Positions 1-10,152 of a DNA stretch of 64,000 nucleotides are shown in pieces. Within the stretch, counting starts at the first letter, position 1; every line of letters starts with the position of its first letter. Under the pieces are notes generated by a model that worked only from the letters and a program-made list of their open reading frames with translations, did no database searches and had not been told where the DNA came from. This stretch comes from Escherichia phage vB_EcoM_LNA1: sequence record MZ311863.1, one strand, 5' to 3'. The translations under genes were made by a program, and so were the position numbers.

Positions 1-52
1 TGATAAAACATGGTTCAGGATATTTTTGTAGCTTGTATCTGCTTGTGACATA

Positions 53-598
53 TTAAAAGTGCCCTTTTACTTGTGGAACATAAATTTCAAAGGTTGCTTT
101 ACCATCCTCTGATGGTTTTGACTGTACCTTTGTAAATACACGGTTATCATACAGCTTCTCAAAGAAGTTTTCAAAAGGTAAATACACAGTGGCCTCTTCA
201 GTAACTTTATGGAAAACAGTATGGAACACCACACTAGCATACGGTAAAGCATTGACAAGGATACCTGCACCACCAATTACAAAGACATCTTCATCAATAG
301 AGCTATCAAGATACTTCAAAAATGCTCCAAATGACTCTTTACTGGCTTTAGCATACATTACATCATCTTTTCCAAAGTCTATGCCTAAGTATGGTACAGA
401 ATTTGTTAAGATGAGGTTTGCACGTTCTGGTAAAGGTTTACTACCCAGAGTCTTAAAAGTCTCATTACCCATAACTACTAAGTTATTTTTAGTGAGTCTC
501 TTAAACTCTTGCATGTCCTGTTTGTGTCGAGGCCACGGCATACCAGTCGGTGTACCAAATTCACCGTTTTCACCACTTGCAAATATTAGTTTAATCAT
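53..598 (-). CDS. frd: dihydrofolate reductase
   Basis: 181-aa ORF; MIKLIFA N-terminus, GMPWP and IGGAGILVNALPYA segments resemble T4 Frd/bacterial FolA signatures (from memory). Confidence 0.75.
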   Translation of the reverse strand: MIKLIFASGENGEFGTPTGMPWPRHKQDMQEFKRLTKNNLVVMGNETFKTLGSKPLPERANLILTNSVPYLGIDFGKDDVMYAKASKESFGAFLKYLDSSIDEDVFVIGGAGILVNALPYASVVFHTVFHKVTEEATVYLPFENFFEKLYDNRVFTKVQSKPSEDGKATFEIYVPQVKGHF

Positions 599-855
599 TT
601 TGTAAACCCTTTCTTAATGAACCAGTTGATGACACTCTTCACAAATTTACTACGATGGTAGATAAAATGTGGAGAGGGTTGGTATGAACCATAAGCCCAG
701 AAAGCGATAATTTCATTACACCCTGTGCATCGGGTACTTTCTTCAGCAATATGACCGTTGACTATTTCACTTACCTCACCTTGTAAGTCTGTACACCCAC
801 AATGTGGACATCGGATAGGTGTTCCATCAGACTCATAGCAGTGTTCAATTTTCAT
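595..855 (-). CDS. hypothetical Cys-rich (zinc-ribbon-like) protein
   Basis: 86-aa ORF with CPHCGC and CTGC pairs; start overlaps frd stop. Confidence 0.4.
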   Translation of the reverse strand: MKIEHCYESDGTPIRCPHCGCTDLQGEVSEIVNGHIAEESTRCTGCNEIIAFWAYGSYQPSPHFIYHRSKFVKSVINWFIKKGFTK

Positions 856-1371
856 TTATTTAACCTCAAAAACTGGCTCAAGAACCAATATAAAGTCTAC
901 ACAGTCATCTTCTTCATCCAGAATACCATCAAAGTTCTTAGGAACGAAGTCGAAGAGGCTCATAACAAAGCAGTCAGAAGTGACCTTGATAGTCCCTCCC
1001 ATGTTCTCTACAGTCAACACTGTACGACTTTCTTTTACCTCCCTCAGAAGATTACCCACAAAGTCGTCTAAGAAGTACTTCATCAGTGACTTGAAACCTT
1101 TAGGGTAATCTGTACCAGAGTATGTTTCAATCTGAGGAACAAGCTCAACATTTATACTAGTCTTTGTTAAGAACGTTTTAGAGAACATACTATCAGGTAA
1201 CTTACAAACAGTCTTTCCAGTACCTTCATGCTCAATCTCAACAAAACCAGCTTCGTCGCCACATGTAACTATTTTAAAAGATGCTTCATTCTCATACTGT
1301 GAAGCCATAAACTTTTTAAGCATCTCTTTAAGGAAGTCTGCATGAGCATCTTGTAAGAAGATATCAATCAT
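856..1371 (-). CDS. hypothetical protein
   Basis: 171-aa ORF tightly packed in minus-strand operon. Confidence 0.4.
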   Translation of the reverse strand: MIDIFLQDAHADFLKEMLKKFMASQYENEASFKIVTCGDEAGFVEIEHEGTGKTVCKLPDSMFSKTFLTKTSINVELVPQIETYSGTDYPKGFKSLMKYFLDDFVGNLLREVKESRTVLTVENMGGTIKVTSDCFVMSLFDFVPKNFDGILDEEDDCVDFILVLEPVFEVK

Positions 1372-1384
1372 AGTTAATCACCTA

Positions 1385-1744
1385 TTATGGGAACAAACAC
1401 TTAATGTCATCGTTTTTGAAAACAAAACTTGTGTAATTATGACCATCAACATCCAGCCAAACAGCCTGAACATCTACACCATCAAGATTTTGGTAAAGCT
1501 CTTTGATGAAGTGGTCTTTTACAATCTGACTGCTAGTTGTTTCCAGCTTAATATTTGAGATTGCTGAACCTACAGCCATATAGCCCATGACACGTTTCTT
1601 CTCAGTATGCTTAATCTTACCATCTTTGTAAGCCATAATGAGATTGGAAAGAATCTTCACACCATAATACTTTTCAAGGTGAGTAGGTACACCATAAAAG
1701 CCTAATGCGAAGTTTTCAGAGTGGATAATGTTTTCACGTTTCAT
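1385..1744 (-). CDS. hypothetical protein
   Basis: 119-aa ORF in operon context. Confidence 0.4.
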   Translation of the reverse strand: MKRENIIHSENFALGFYGVPTHLEKYYGVKILSNLIMAYKDGKIKHTEKKRVMGYMAVGSAISNIKLETTSSQIVKDHFIKELYQNLDGVDVQAVWLDVDGHNYTSFVFKNDDIKCLFP

Positions 1745-1745
1745 A

Positions 1746-2078
1746 TTAATCTACCAGCCTTAAATTAAAATTAACACCAAATTTTTCACATACTTCCAAC
1801 ATATACTCAAGGGAGACATTGCCAGTGAGGTGGATTATGTTGGATACACGAGCCTGAGAGATACCACAAATTTTAGCAACTTGCTCTTGAGAAAGACCTC
1901 TTGATTTAATCTCTCTCTTAAAACGATGTGCAACGAAGTCTCTCATTTCGTCTACATCCATTGGACAAATATAACTCTCCATTTCAGCCTCTCTGTCAGC
2001 CTCCCAATCATCTTGTGGAGCATAAGGGTCAAAAACCTCATTCATCTTTCTTCTTCTTCCGTTTGCGTGAAGTATCAA
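1746..2078 (-). CDS. HTH (XRE-like) DNA-binding protein
   Basis: 110 aa; segment LSQEQVAKICGISQARVSNI matches helix-turn-helix pattern. Confidence 0.5.
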   Translation of the reverse strand: MILHANGRRRKMNEVFDPYAPQDDWEADREAEMESYICPMDVDEMRDFVAHRFKREIKSRGLSQEQVAKICGISQARVSNIIHLTGNVSLEYMLEVCEKFGVNFNLRLVD

Positions 2079-2254
2079 TTAATGAATCTATGTTTGTAGC
2101 CCTAACCTTTTCACGTTCATCATTAAGATAATCGTCAAGAGCCTTTTCAATCTGTGAATCATCTTGACAGATAACTGTAAAGACTGTAAAGCCGTCTGTA
2201 TCATCAATTATCTTACCATAACCGCTTCTGGGATGTAACTTTTTAAGAGCCATA

Positions 2255-2638
2255 TCAAATACCTGTGCAGCTTCTGTTTTCTAAGAAATACTCAACACCA
2301 TACATAGCTTTTTGCATCAAATCTTCTTTAAACTGGATACGATGGTTGAGCATAGCCTGTACATCAATATCATCACGGTGTTTCTCTTTAATGTTTGCAG
2401 ATTGCAGGAAATACTCTGCAAGAACACGATACTGGTAGTCAGTTACCTTATCAGTCATCTCTGTTAAAGACTCTTCAGAGGTTGGTTTAAGTAACTCACC
2501 ATTAGCCAGAGCAACACCTTTAACAATCTGACAAGTATCTTCTGGAACACCGGATAAGTCCACATTTGGGAGTTCTGTTGCATTGACTGGTAAATTCATT
2601 GCCATGACCATTGCAGCAGCTAATAAAATCTTTTTCAT
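2255..2638 (-). CDS. secreted protein with signal peptide
   Basis: 127 aa; N-terminus MKKILLAAAMVMAMNLPVNA is a typical Sec signal peptide. Confidence 0.45.
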   Translation of the reverse strand: MKKILLAAAMVMAMNLPVNATELPNVDLSGVPEDTCQIVKGVALANGELLKPTSEESLTEMTDKVTDYQYRVLAEYFLQSANIKEKHRDDIDVQAMLNHRIQFKEDLMQKAMYGVEYFLENRSCTGI

Positions 2639-2763
2639 AATGACCTCAAAGTTATATTAAATTTTGTATTACGTTGAGTATAAAAATAAGCTATAACACC
2701 TGACTTGTCAACAGATTTTATAGCTTATTTGGCAGATTTTTTATAAGGCTACTGCCATCCTTC

Positions 2764-2823
2764 CATACCAAACCACACCAAACCCTGCCAAACCAGAGCC
2801 TACTAGACCATACCGAACCAAAC
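2764..2823. repeat. cluster of CCAAACC direct repeats in intergenic region
   Basis: accaaaccacaccaaaccctgccaaaccagagcc...ccgaaccaaac; at least 5 copies of CCAAAC(C) within 60 bp. Confidence 0.5.
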
Positions 2824-2925
2824 ATCACTTAAAAACCCTTTTAAAAGGCTCTTAAGTGATGCTGGTGAGTACCCGTTGGTTTATGCTGCTCAGTATACTC
2901 ACCAGATTATCTATGTCAACAACTT

Positions 2926-4026
2926 TTATTCATAATCCCTAATAATTAGCCCTACAGGGAACTGTAAAGACCCCTTACGAGTCATCTTCTGGAACTGAAC
3001 CGTTAAAGGTTTCCCGATAAACTCTTCAGGGTGTTCAGCAAGATACTGTTTCTTCTCGTGAGTAGTCTTCCATGAGACATCTACAAAGACGTTAGGAAGA
3101 GTCTCTACAACGAACTTGCCATGACCACGTTTATCGGTCTTTACACCAGTCACTTTAAACTCTTCAGTGTGCATCTTCTTGTGCTTAATCAAGAAGTATG
3201 AACGGTGACAACACTCATAGAAGGAGTCTTCAGAGATTGAACGGTACATTGCACCTTCAAACTTAGCTTCAACCCACTTATCATGAGCTTCATCAAACTC
3301 TTCCCAAGAATTTACACGGATAGTCTGTACAGGAACCACTCTACAGGTATCCCCAAGCTCAACAATAGGTGAACTATCAATAACTTCACGACGCTCAGGC
3401 CAAGATTTTGAATTGTCACAGATATCATACCAGTAGAATTTAAGAAGGTGACGGTCTGGATTGTCAGCATTCTTAATCATAGAGACAATATCTTCTAAGT
3501 CCCAACCATGAGCATAAATCTCACCATCAAAGTCTTCAACTTGTGGATGTAATTTAAGCAACAAAAGTAAGTCTGGGATTAGTTCTGCTGGAACGTTGTA
3601 AACAGTATTCTCACGAGAATAAGCCGTGAAACTAACTGAATCATCATCTCTTGAAATCCTACAACGGACACCATCAAGTTTCGGTTGAGCATCAGCAGGG
3701 AACTTCAGATACTTTGCATGGCTAACCTTTGCAGCATCGTGAGCAAGCTGTACACCTACCTTCTCAGTATTCTGTGCAGACTCTTTTGTGTAAGCATAAC
3801 CTTTGCGGTCAACTTGCTTTTTATACTTAGCAGCAACTTCAAAGAGAGCTTGCTGTTCAGCGTTACGCTCATTCTTTTTACCGATGTTTTTAGGCTCTGC
3901 TGTGTACTCTTCAAACATCATCTTGCCATTTTCTTTACCGTAGGTTGTAATAACTTTGTCACCTACAGCAACGCATGACCAAACGTTGAAGGAACCATCT
4001 TTATTTTGTTTGTACAGAATTGTCAT
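2926..4026 (-). CDS. ATP-dependent DNA ligase
   Basis: 366 aa; KLDGVR adenylation motif (motif I KxDG) in PKLDGVRCRI. Confidence 0.75.
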   Translation of the reverse strand: MTILYKQNKDGSFNVWSCVAVGDKVITTYGKENGKMMFEEYTAEPKNIGKKNERNAEQQALFEVAAKYKKQVDRKGYAYTKESAQNTEKVGVQLAHDAAKVSHAKYLKFPADAQPKLDGVRCRISRDDDSVSFTAYSRENTVYNVPAELIPDLLLLLKLHPQVEDFDGEIYAHGWDLEDIVSMIKNADNPDRHLLKFYWYDICDNSKSWPERREVIDSSPIVELGDTCRVVPVQTIRVNSWEEFDEAHDKWVEAKFEGAMYRSISEDSFYECCHRSYFLIKHKKMHTEEFKVTGVKTDKRGHGKFVVETLPNVFVDVSWKTTHEKKQYLAEHPEEFIGKPLTVQFQKMTRKGSLQFPVGLIIRDYE

Positions 4027-4280
4027 TTTCTCTTACCACCAATCTCTACGTCGATAACTTGAACATCGCCAGCAACATCAAACTTATGAATGATGCTTTC
4101 CACAGTGTAAGTCCAACCCTCAATGCGAACCAACTCACCTTCTCGTGGGACGATTGGATTACGTTGAGCTACGGTTGTAGTGGAGTGAACAACATCATAA
4201 CAATAGATGTAGTTTACTAAGACTTCCATCGAGAAAACCTCACTCAATAACCGTAGTGTGTGATTGTCCATTTTTGCCAT
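4023..4280 (-). CDS. hypothetical protein
   Basis: 85-aa ORF, overlapping start/stop with neighbours. Confidence 0.35.
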   Translation of the reverse strand: MAKMDNHTLRLLSEVFSMEVLVNYIYCYDVVHSTTTVAQRNPIVPREGELVRIEGWTYTVESIIHKFDVAGDVQVIDVEIGGKRK

Positions 4281-4497
4281 AGTTGTAAGATGTTGTTGTT
4301 TGAGAATTTGGACATCTTACAACAACAATATCTCTGCTTATAGCATCACCATTGAGTTTGTAGATTTTGCAGTCTTGCATCTCTGGAGGGAGGCTGTAAG
4401 AAGCATCTTTGTTTTCATAAGATGGGTTGCATCCAGCCAGAAAAATTACTCCAAGTGCAACCATTGCTTTCACACAAATCTTAACCTTATTGTTCAC
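4240..4497 (-). CDS. putative lipoprotein
   Basis: N-terminus MVALGVIFLAGC has lipobox-like LAGC. Confidence 0.4.
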   Translation of the reverse strand: MNNKVKICVKAMVALGVIFLAGCNPSYENKDASYSLPPEMQDCKIYKLNGDAISRDIVVVRCPNSQTTTSYNYGKNGQSHTTVIE

Positions 4498-4629
4498 GAT
4501 AGTCTACCTCTCTGTATGTTTTTAAATAGTGAGTGATGAGTTCTGGTAATTCACTACGTTTAACGTTTGAACGAAGAAGTGTCCAGTCAAAACCTTTACC
4601 AACCCTTCCCCAGAGACTGTACAGTTTCT

Positions 4630-4863
4630 TCATATCAACTCCAGAATATCAATACGTTCACCCTTAAGGACTCCTGTACGGTCTCTTGCAATCTTACCGT
4701 CAACGATAAGGATATGCGCGACCTTTAAAGCCTCACGATTAAAACCTTTTAAGAACTTGCTAGGCATCACGACAATGGACATCTCCTGAATCAACTCTGG
4801 AGTATAGCAATTGTCATGAAGTTGCTGAATAACGTCTGCAAGTGTCATTTTTGGTGTCTCCAA
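4630..4863 (-). CDS. hypothetical protein
   Basis: 77-aa ORF. Confidence 0.35.
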   Translation of the reverse strand: METPKMTLADVIQQLHDNCYTPELIQEMSIVVMPSKFLKGFNREALKVAHILIVDGKIARDRTGVLKGERIDILELI

Positions 4864-5054
4864 TACTCAATGTCAATAAGTTCTTGTGCAATGCTTTTCA
4901 GATTACCTTTCAAGAAAACCTTCTCAGAACCTGAAAGAGATGAATTGTCAATTAACCTGTTCATTCTCTCAAACAACTTATGCTTACGGTTCTTGATAGT
5001 TTCCTTTGAAGCACCTTTCATCATCGCTGCATGGGTTCTTCCACGGTGGCTCAT
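4845..5054 (-). CDS. hypothetical protein
   Basis: 69-aa ORF. Confidence 0.3.
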   Translation of the reverse strand: MSHRGRTHAAMMKGASKETIKNRKHKLFERMNRLIDNSSLSGSEKVFLKGNLKSIAQELIDIEYWRHQK

Positions 5055-5105
5055 AAGCCCTCCTATACAAGATATAGTATAAGGTACTCTTCCCTGAGCA
5101 CCTTG

Positions 5106-5657
5106 TCAACTTAGTTTTGCAAACTCTCCGTGGAGTTTAATAGCAGCTTCACAGTAAGCTTTATGGGCTTCTTCAGGGGTGTCAAACATACCAAGATGAT
5201 AGTTTTTACCTTGTAAACGTATCATTGCTCGAAACCTTTTACTTATCTTCTGTACACCTTTTGGCAACCCAGATGGGGACTCTCTTGACCGATTGCAAGA
5301 GTTTTGTGAAGCTGTACAAACCCTTAAATTCAAGTACCTGTTGTCCCAACCGTCCCCATTCTTATGGTCAACCTGTAAGGTTTTATCAGGTAGATATCCA
5401 TCCATATACAAGATAACTAAACGATTTGCTTGGTAACCCCTTCCATCAATCAGCAACTGAACTGACTTGTGTCCATCAGTATTTGTTCTGTAGTTTCCAG
5501 CCCTCTTACCTCCAAATCTAGAGTTAAAGTTTGCATTACCTTCTCTAAACTTCCAAGTAAAGACCCCTGTTTCGGGGTCGTAGTCCAATAGCTCCTTAAG
5601 ACGAATTTCTGTAATCATTTCAACACCATCAATGTACCTCATACCAGCTCTTACCAA
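5106..5657 (-). CDS. HNH homing endonuclease with AP2-like DNA-binding domain
   Basis: 183 aa; HKNGDGWDNRYLNLRVCTASQN (HNH_3-like) followed by RFRAMIRLQGKNYHLGMFDTPEEAHKAY (AP2-like); starts 29 nt inside the end of DNA polymerase exon 2. Confidence 0.7.
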   Translation of the reverse strand: MVRAGMRYIDGVEMITEIRLKELLDYDPETGVFTWKFREGNANFNSRFGGKRAGNYRTNTDGHKSVQLLIDGRGYQANRLVILYMDGYLPDKTLQVDHKNGDGWDNRYLNLRVCTASQNSCNRSRESPSGLPKGVQKISKRFRAMIRLQGKNYHLGMFDTPEEAHKAYCEAAIKLHGEFAKLS

Positions 5658-6185
5658 CCTTTGCTGTACCAGTTACAAGTGTTTCTTTCCTCAAACCTAA
5701 GTTTTTTGAAGCTTGTCCATACATCCAGTCAGCAATTGCTTTCATATCCTGTGTCATACCCTCTGGACATTCCCAACTATTTTCATCGTGATATGCCAGA
5801 AGTAACCTTGCTCCGATAGCTGGTTTTCGAGCATTCAGTTTTGTCAGGCCATCTTCACAGGCTTTTCTTGCTGCTAGGTTGATGGCCTCATTCTGAATCT
5901 GTGCTTCCGAACTCATCAGGAGGTAGTTCAGGAGTTTATGTGGAGATTTGCACCATATCCATGCTCCAGCGACCCTGATATAACCACCTTTAGCAATTGA
6001 AGAATTCTTCCCAAAAACCTCTTCCAGAGCCTTTTTAGACGCCTTAAAATCGGCTTCTAAGCTGTCAAGTAACTTCTTAATCTTCGGTAGACGCATATAG
6101 TAAGTCTGCTTAGTCAATGCACCTTCTTCTGTAGATGATGCCTTGATAGTTTTTGCAAACTTCTCATCACCTGCACCGAACAATA
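5629..6185 (-). CDS. DNA polymerase (family A) exon 2: end of motif B through motif C
   Basis: begins (L)FGAGDEK matching T7 gp5 YGAGDEK of motif B; contains LLLAYHDE motif C; ORF track start is TTG, so not an independent start. Confidence 0.7.
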
Positions 6186-6453
6186 CATCTGGTCAATACA
6201 CTCGCAAGGTGTACCAGTTCTCTTATGAACTTCTCCGCATTTCTACGGAGTGTCGGACTATATCACGTAGTAGTAATACTACCGTTGCACTTGGGAATGG
6301 TCATTAGCTTACCACCCTACTCTACTCAGTTCATACATTAAGTATGCTTTTCGATAGTCTCTGAACGTTCCTCTCAAGAGGCTTCGCTGCTGATTACCGT
6401 ATCTTCTCAGACTTAGGCTTCCAGCAATTCACAACGTTTTACATGCGCCACTG
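6186..6453 (-). ncRNA. putative ORF-less group I intron in DNA polymerase gene
   Basis: splits motif B (KNGIYA / LLFGAGDEK); 5' exon ends in U, intron ends in G; intron start cagtgGCGCAtg can pair with exon end uGCGU (U.G at splice site); contains GATATAGTCCGAC resembling the Tetrahymena-type P7 core, then hairpin CTCCGTAGAAATGCGGAG (P9-like). Confidence 0.6.
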
Positions 6454-8596
6454 ACGCATAAATGCCATTTTTGGCTTTCTTACGACCTTTTGTAATCTCG
6501 TGAAGAAGTTCCTCGTCCTGTGTCCCCCTACAACGAACAATATCTTCTTCCTTGTTCAGACCAAAGTAAATACTGTTCAGTGTGTGTGCATCAGTACCTG
6601 TGTAGACTTCGTAGAGGTCATTCTCAGCATCATAACGAAGATACTTATCAGTTTCTGGATTGAGGTACTTATCAAGATGCTTGCAATAGTATCTCCCATC
6701 ATCTTGCTTAGTAAATTCTACAAACTCTTTACCTTCAGTTACCGCTTTGGTGAAGTCTTTATCACCCATAAAGTTACACAGTAAAACAAGCTGTGCAGAG
6801 TTCTGGTCAACAGAAACAATGTTAGTACCCTCTTCACAAATCCACACTTCCCTCATAGGTGCTCCATAGACAGCAGCACCAGATGGTACGTTTACAATAC
6901 CATATTGTGTCATACGTCCAGTTGAAGTACCAAATACCATTGCACCAGCACTAAGGCGACCATCGGGACGAATCTGGTTCAACCAACCTTTTTCATCATC
7001 CTTTGAGTTCTCAATAGTTCTGCGTCGGTGCATCAAAGTATAGTACTTAGCAATCTTCTGTCCAAGCTCACCTTCAATCGTATCATAAGATGATTCAGTA
7101 AGCTTTGGTGAAGTACGGATTAAGCAAGGCTCAAGCAAATCTGTGTATTTCTTCACAGACCAGTTATGCTCAATGTACTGTACACCTTCATGTTCAACAT
7201 AGCTCAAACCACACCGCTCAACCATTTCCTGCCACTTAGGATGTTTTGTAATCATCTTTTTATTGTCTTTGAAACGACAAACTTTGACAGGGCGACCATC
7301 TGAGTCTTTCTTGTAGTTCCAGTCATCTGGAATCCAACCAACTGATTTCAAGTAATCTTTAACAACTGCTACCTGAGTCATACGAGAAACTTCGAACTCA
7401 ATTGGTGTATAAGGTGCATCAATCAAACCTGTGTAGCGACTTGACTCAAGCTCAAAGTGATTAACAACATGGCTGTTATAGTACTTCACAGTTTTAACTG
7501 TTTTTACTGGCTTCCAGTCTTTGCATTTCTTACCAATCTTTGCATTCAACTCATTACAAATTGCACGAGCATCCTTCATTGCTACAAAACCTTCCTTGTA
7601 CTCTTCACCAGTTACAGAGTTGGTTGGTGTATAGCAATTTCTCTTTTCAATGTTAAAAATCTTTGTAGTTGGCTTACCAAATGGTTTGATTTCATAAGTC
7701 TGCATCTCACCATTACGTACCTGCTGACGATACTTTGTCTTAGGATACTTGGTAATTCTCTTCAGTCCATCTGCATGACCAAATGTTTCAACATACTCAT
7801 TCCAAGCTTTTGCAAACTCTTCTCCAGTGACTTTACCTTTAGTCTTAATAGTTGGAGGAAGATGTGGTTCAACTTCTGAAGCAAGCTCATTAGTCAACTT
7901 GTCAAGTTCCTTTACATGGAACTCCATAAGCTCTTTATCAGCTTTCCAACCATTGATAGCCTGTTGACTCATCCAGAAAGATGTTTCTTTAGCTCGCATG
8001 TAGGTTTCATAAGTATCTACGCCACACTTCTTTAGCTTGAGATATTCATTATCCAGTGCGCGTTTAGTTTTGGCGTTAATACGGATATCTTCCACAACAC
8101 GAGTGAAGATTTCTGCATTCCACACACCCCAATGTTCAATCTCTGGTTTACGTACACCAACACGAGCACCCCATGCAGCCAAGCCATGAGCACCTTTATA
8201 ACCTTTTGGAGTTGGTCTATCCATCCACTGAACACGGGACTGGATAAGAGAATCCTGAAAGAAATTACTCCACGGTTTACACTTTGGATTATCAAAGTTC
8301 CATAAATCCGGTGCAATGTGATTGAAAACCCACCAGTCATAACCGAGACCGTTATGGATACAAAGACGTTTTGCCTTTAACGCAAACTCAACACCTTCAC
8401 GTAAGCCACCCTTAATGTACTTAGTGTACTTGTGACCGAGGATAGGCTCATCTGTAAAGACCCATACAGGTGGCTCTTCATCGTCAGATTTATAGTCTGC
8501 AAAGGCCATTACGTGAACTTTAGTGAACTCAAGGAGTAAACCATCAGTTTCTGTATCACCAACCAAATGTAAGTTTTTAAAATCTACGTTTTCCAT
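6454..8596 (-). CDS. DNA polymerase (family A) exon 1: 3'-5' exonuclease domain through first half of motif B
   Basis: VGDTETDGL exo motif near N-terminus; VSVDQNSAQL motif A-like; ends ...RKKAKNGIYA before in-frame stop in intron. Confidence 0.75.
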
Positions 8597-8854
8597 TTTT
8601 TACTCCCTCTAAAACCATTAACCTCATACACTACTGCAAAAAATTATAAAAAGCAAGTTGACAATGCACTTGACAAGGTGTTAATCTTTGCGAAGTGGGT
8701 TTTTACTTAAAAGGTTACTTAACAGTTTAACTATACAGATACTTTAAAACTCTTAAAAGATTATTTAATAGCTTTTAAAAAGCTTTAAAGTATAACGTAT
8801 AGAATACGTTAAGATAAAAGATTAAAACTTAATAGTTACTTAAAAGAGGCTTAC

Positions 8855-9277
8855 ATGCAGAAAATGTTTGTTCACCCAGACATAGCTGACTTTGTTAGAG
8901 CTTTGCAGAAGTTGGAAGAACTTGACATTGCTGCTCAACGGGAATATGCTCACCATCACAGGAGAATGGTTGATATACAACATGAAATAGAGTTGTCTGA
9001 AAACTATGAAGATGACTTAAAATGCTCTGTATTTGAGCATATGAAAGATGTTGCTACAGCTAGACGTAAAGCTAAAGACACAGTTGCTTTACTAGATTCT
9101 CTTAAAAAGAGGTTGCAAAGTGGTACAGACCTGTGTAATCTAGCGTCACTGATTAATGATGTTGAAACTTCTTGGGATAGACATTACTATCCACGTTCTG
9201 AAAAGACACTTGACTTTTCTTCATCCGAAAACTTAAAATGTTCTAGAAAGAAACTTAACCAACTGAGAGAGAAATAA
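8855..9277 (+). CDS. hypothetical protein
   Basis: 140-aa ORF downstream of promoter-like TTGACA elements at about 8660-8690. Confidence 0.4.
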   Translation: MQKMFVHPDIADFVRALQKLEELDIAAQREYAHHHRRMVDIQHEIELSENYEDDLKCSVFEHMKDVATARRKAKDTVALLDSLKKRLQSGTDLCNLASLINDVETSWDRHYYPRSEKTLDFSSSENLKCSRKKLNQLREK

Positions 9278-9278
9278 T

Positions 9279-10091
9279 ATGAATACTACTGTAGACCAGA
9301 TGCTTGAAGAAAAAGGTATTGACGAAGCTTTCTTAATCAATGCCGTAGAAAGCATGGCTATGATTCTTCGTGGAAACAACTACACAGAACAGTTTATGCC
9401 TGCAAGCTATAACCTGCCTAAAGACAAGTCTGATAACGGTGCTTTTGCAGAACAGGTTAATATGATGCTGTGTGACAAAAAACTTGCTTTAGCATCTATT
9501 GTTGTAGGTGTTGATGCTCTTGCAGAGTTCATTTTTTATGAGATGCAGAAAAATGACTATATTGCCATGACCTCTGAAGAAAAAGACTCGCTATTGCTCT
9601 TAGATAATAATGAGCTAGTTGACCTGTTAATTTCGTCAACGAGTGCTGTTATGGCTGCTCTTGAGAAGCGCATGGAAGAGAAGCTGTCACGATATGAAAA
9701 ACTTGATTGGGGTGTAGAAGAGTTAAGCCCACGAATCAAAGAGATTATCCAGCAAACCAAAGACTCTTTAGCAGAAGCTGTGAAAGATGATTCTGTAGCT
9801 GATGTAGAACCACTACAGGTGAAGGTTGCTCTGATGATTCCAGCTATCTCTACGATGATGAATATCGTTGCACTAATCCAGCTTTCACAGATGATGGGTG
9901 CAAGCATTGAGTTCATTGAGAGCATGACTGGTGGTGTGAGTATGCAAGCAATCAATGATGTTTTGGTAAGCATCGGTGCTTCAATCATTGAAGAGAAGCT
10001 GCGCACTAACTTTGGTGATGATTTTGTGAAGCAAATCTCAGCTATGGCTGAAAAAGAACACTCACAGATTACCAGTGACCAACTGCACTAA
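9279..10091 (+). CDS. hypothetical protein
   Basis: 270-aa ORF. Confidence 0.4.
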   Translation: MNTTVDQMLEEKGIDEAFLINAVESMAMILRGNNYTEQFMPASYNLPKDKSDNGAFAEQVNMMLCDKKLALASIVVGVDALAEFIFYEMQKNDYIAMTSEEKDSLLLLDNNELVDLLISSTSAVMAALEKRMEEKLSRYEKLDWGVEELSPRIKEIIQQTKDSLAEAVKDDSVADVEPLQVKVALMIPAISTMMNIVALIQLSQMMGASIEFIESMTGGVSMQAINDVLVSIGASIIEEKLRTNFGDDFVKQISAMAEKEHSQITSDQLH

Positions 10092-10109
10092 GTCTTTATA
10101 AATCTTACA

Positions 10110-10137
10110 AGCCTCCTTAGTTGGGGGCTTTTTAGTA
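10110..10137 (+). terminator. putative intrinsic terminator
   Basis: hairpin agcctcc...ggggct followed by ttttt. Confidence 0.4.
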
Positions 10138-10152
10138 ATTAAGGGAGATAAA

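Noticed and set aside
67-605. ORFs 67-276 (minus) and 189-605 (plus) overlapping the DHFR gene
   Set aside because: Antisense or alternate-frame to a well-supported DHFR ORF; no independent signal
7457-8340. Plus-strand ORF 7457-7879 and minus-strand ORF 8032-8340 inside the DNA polymerase exon
   Set aside because: Embedded within the strongly supported polymerase frame; low-complexity hydrophobic translations typical of spurious ORFs
5629-8596. Single uninterrupted DNA polymerase gene, or a sequencing frameshift
   Set aside because: An in-frame stop follows exon 1 and the insert has group I intron hallmarks with U/G splice-site rules satisfied, so a simple frameshift is unlikely; two separately translated subunits cannot be fully excluded
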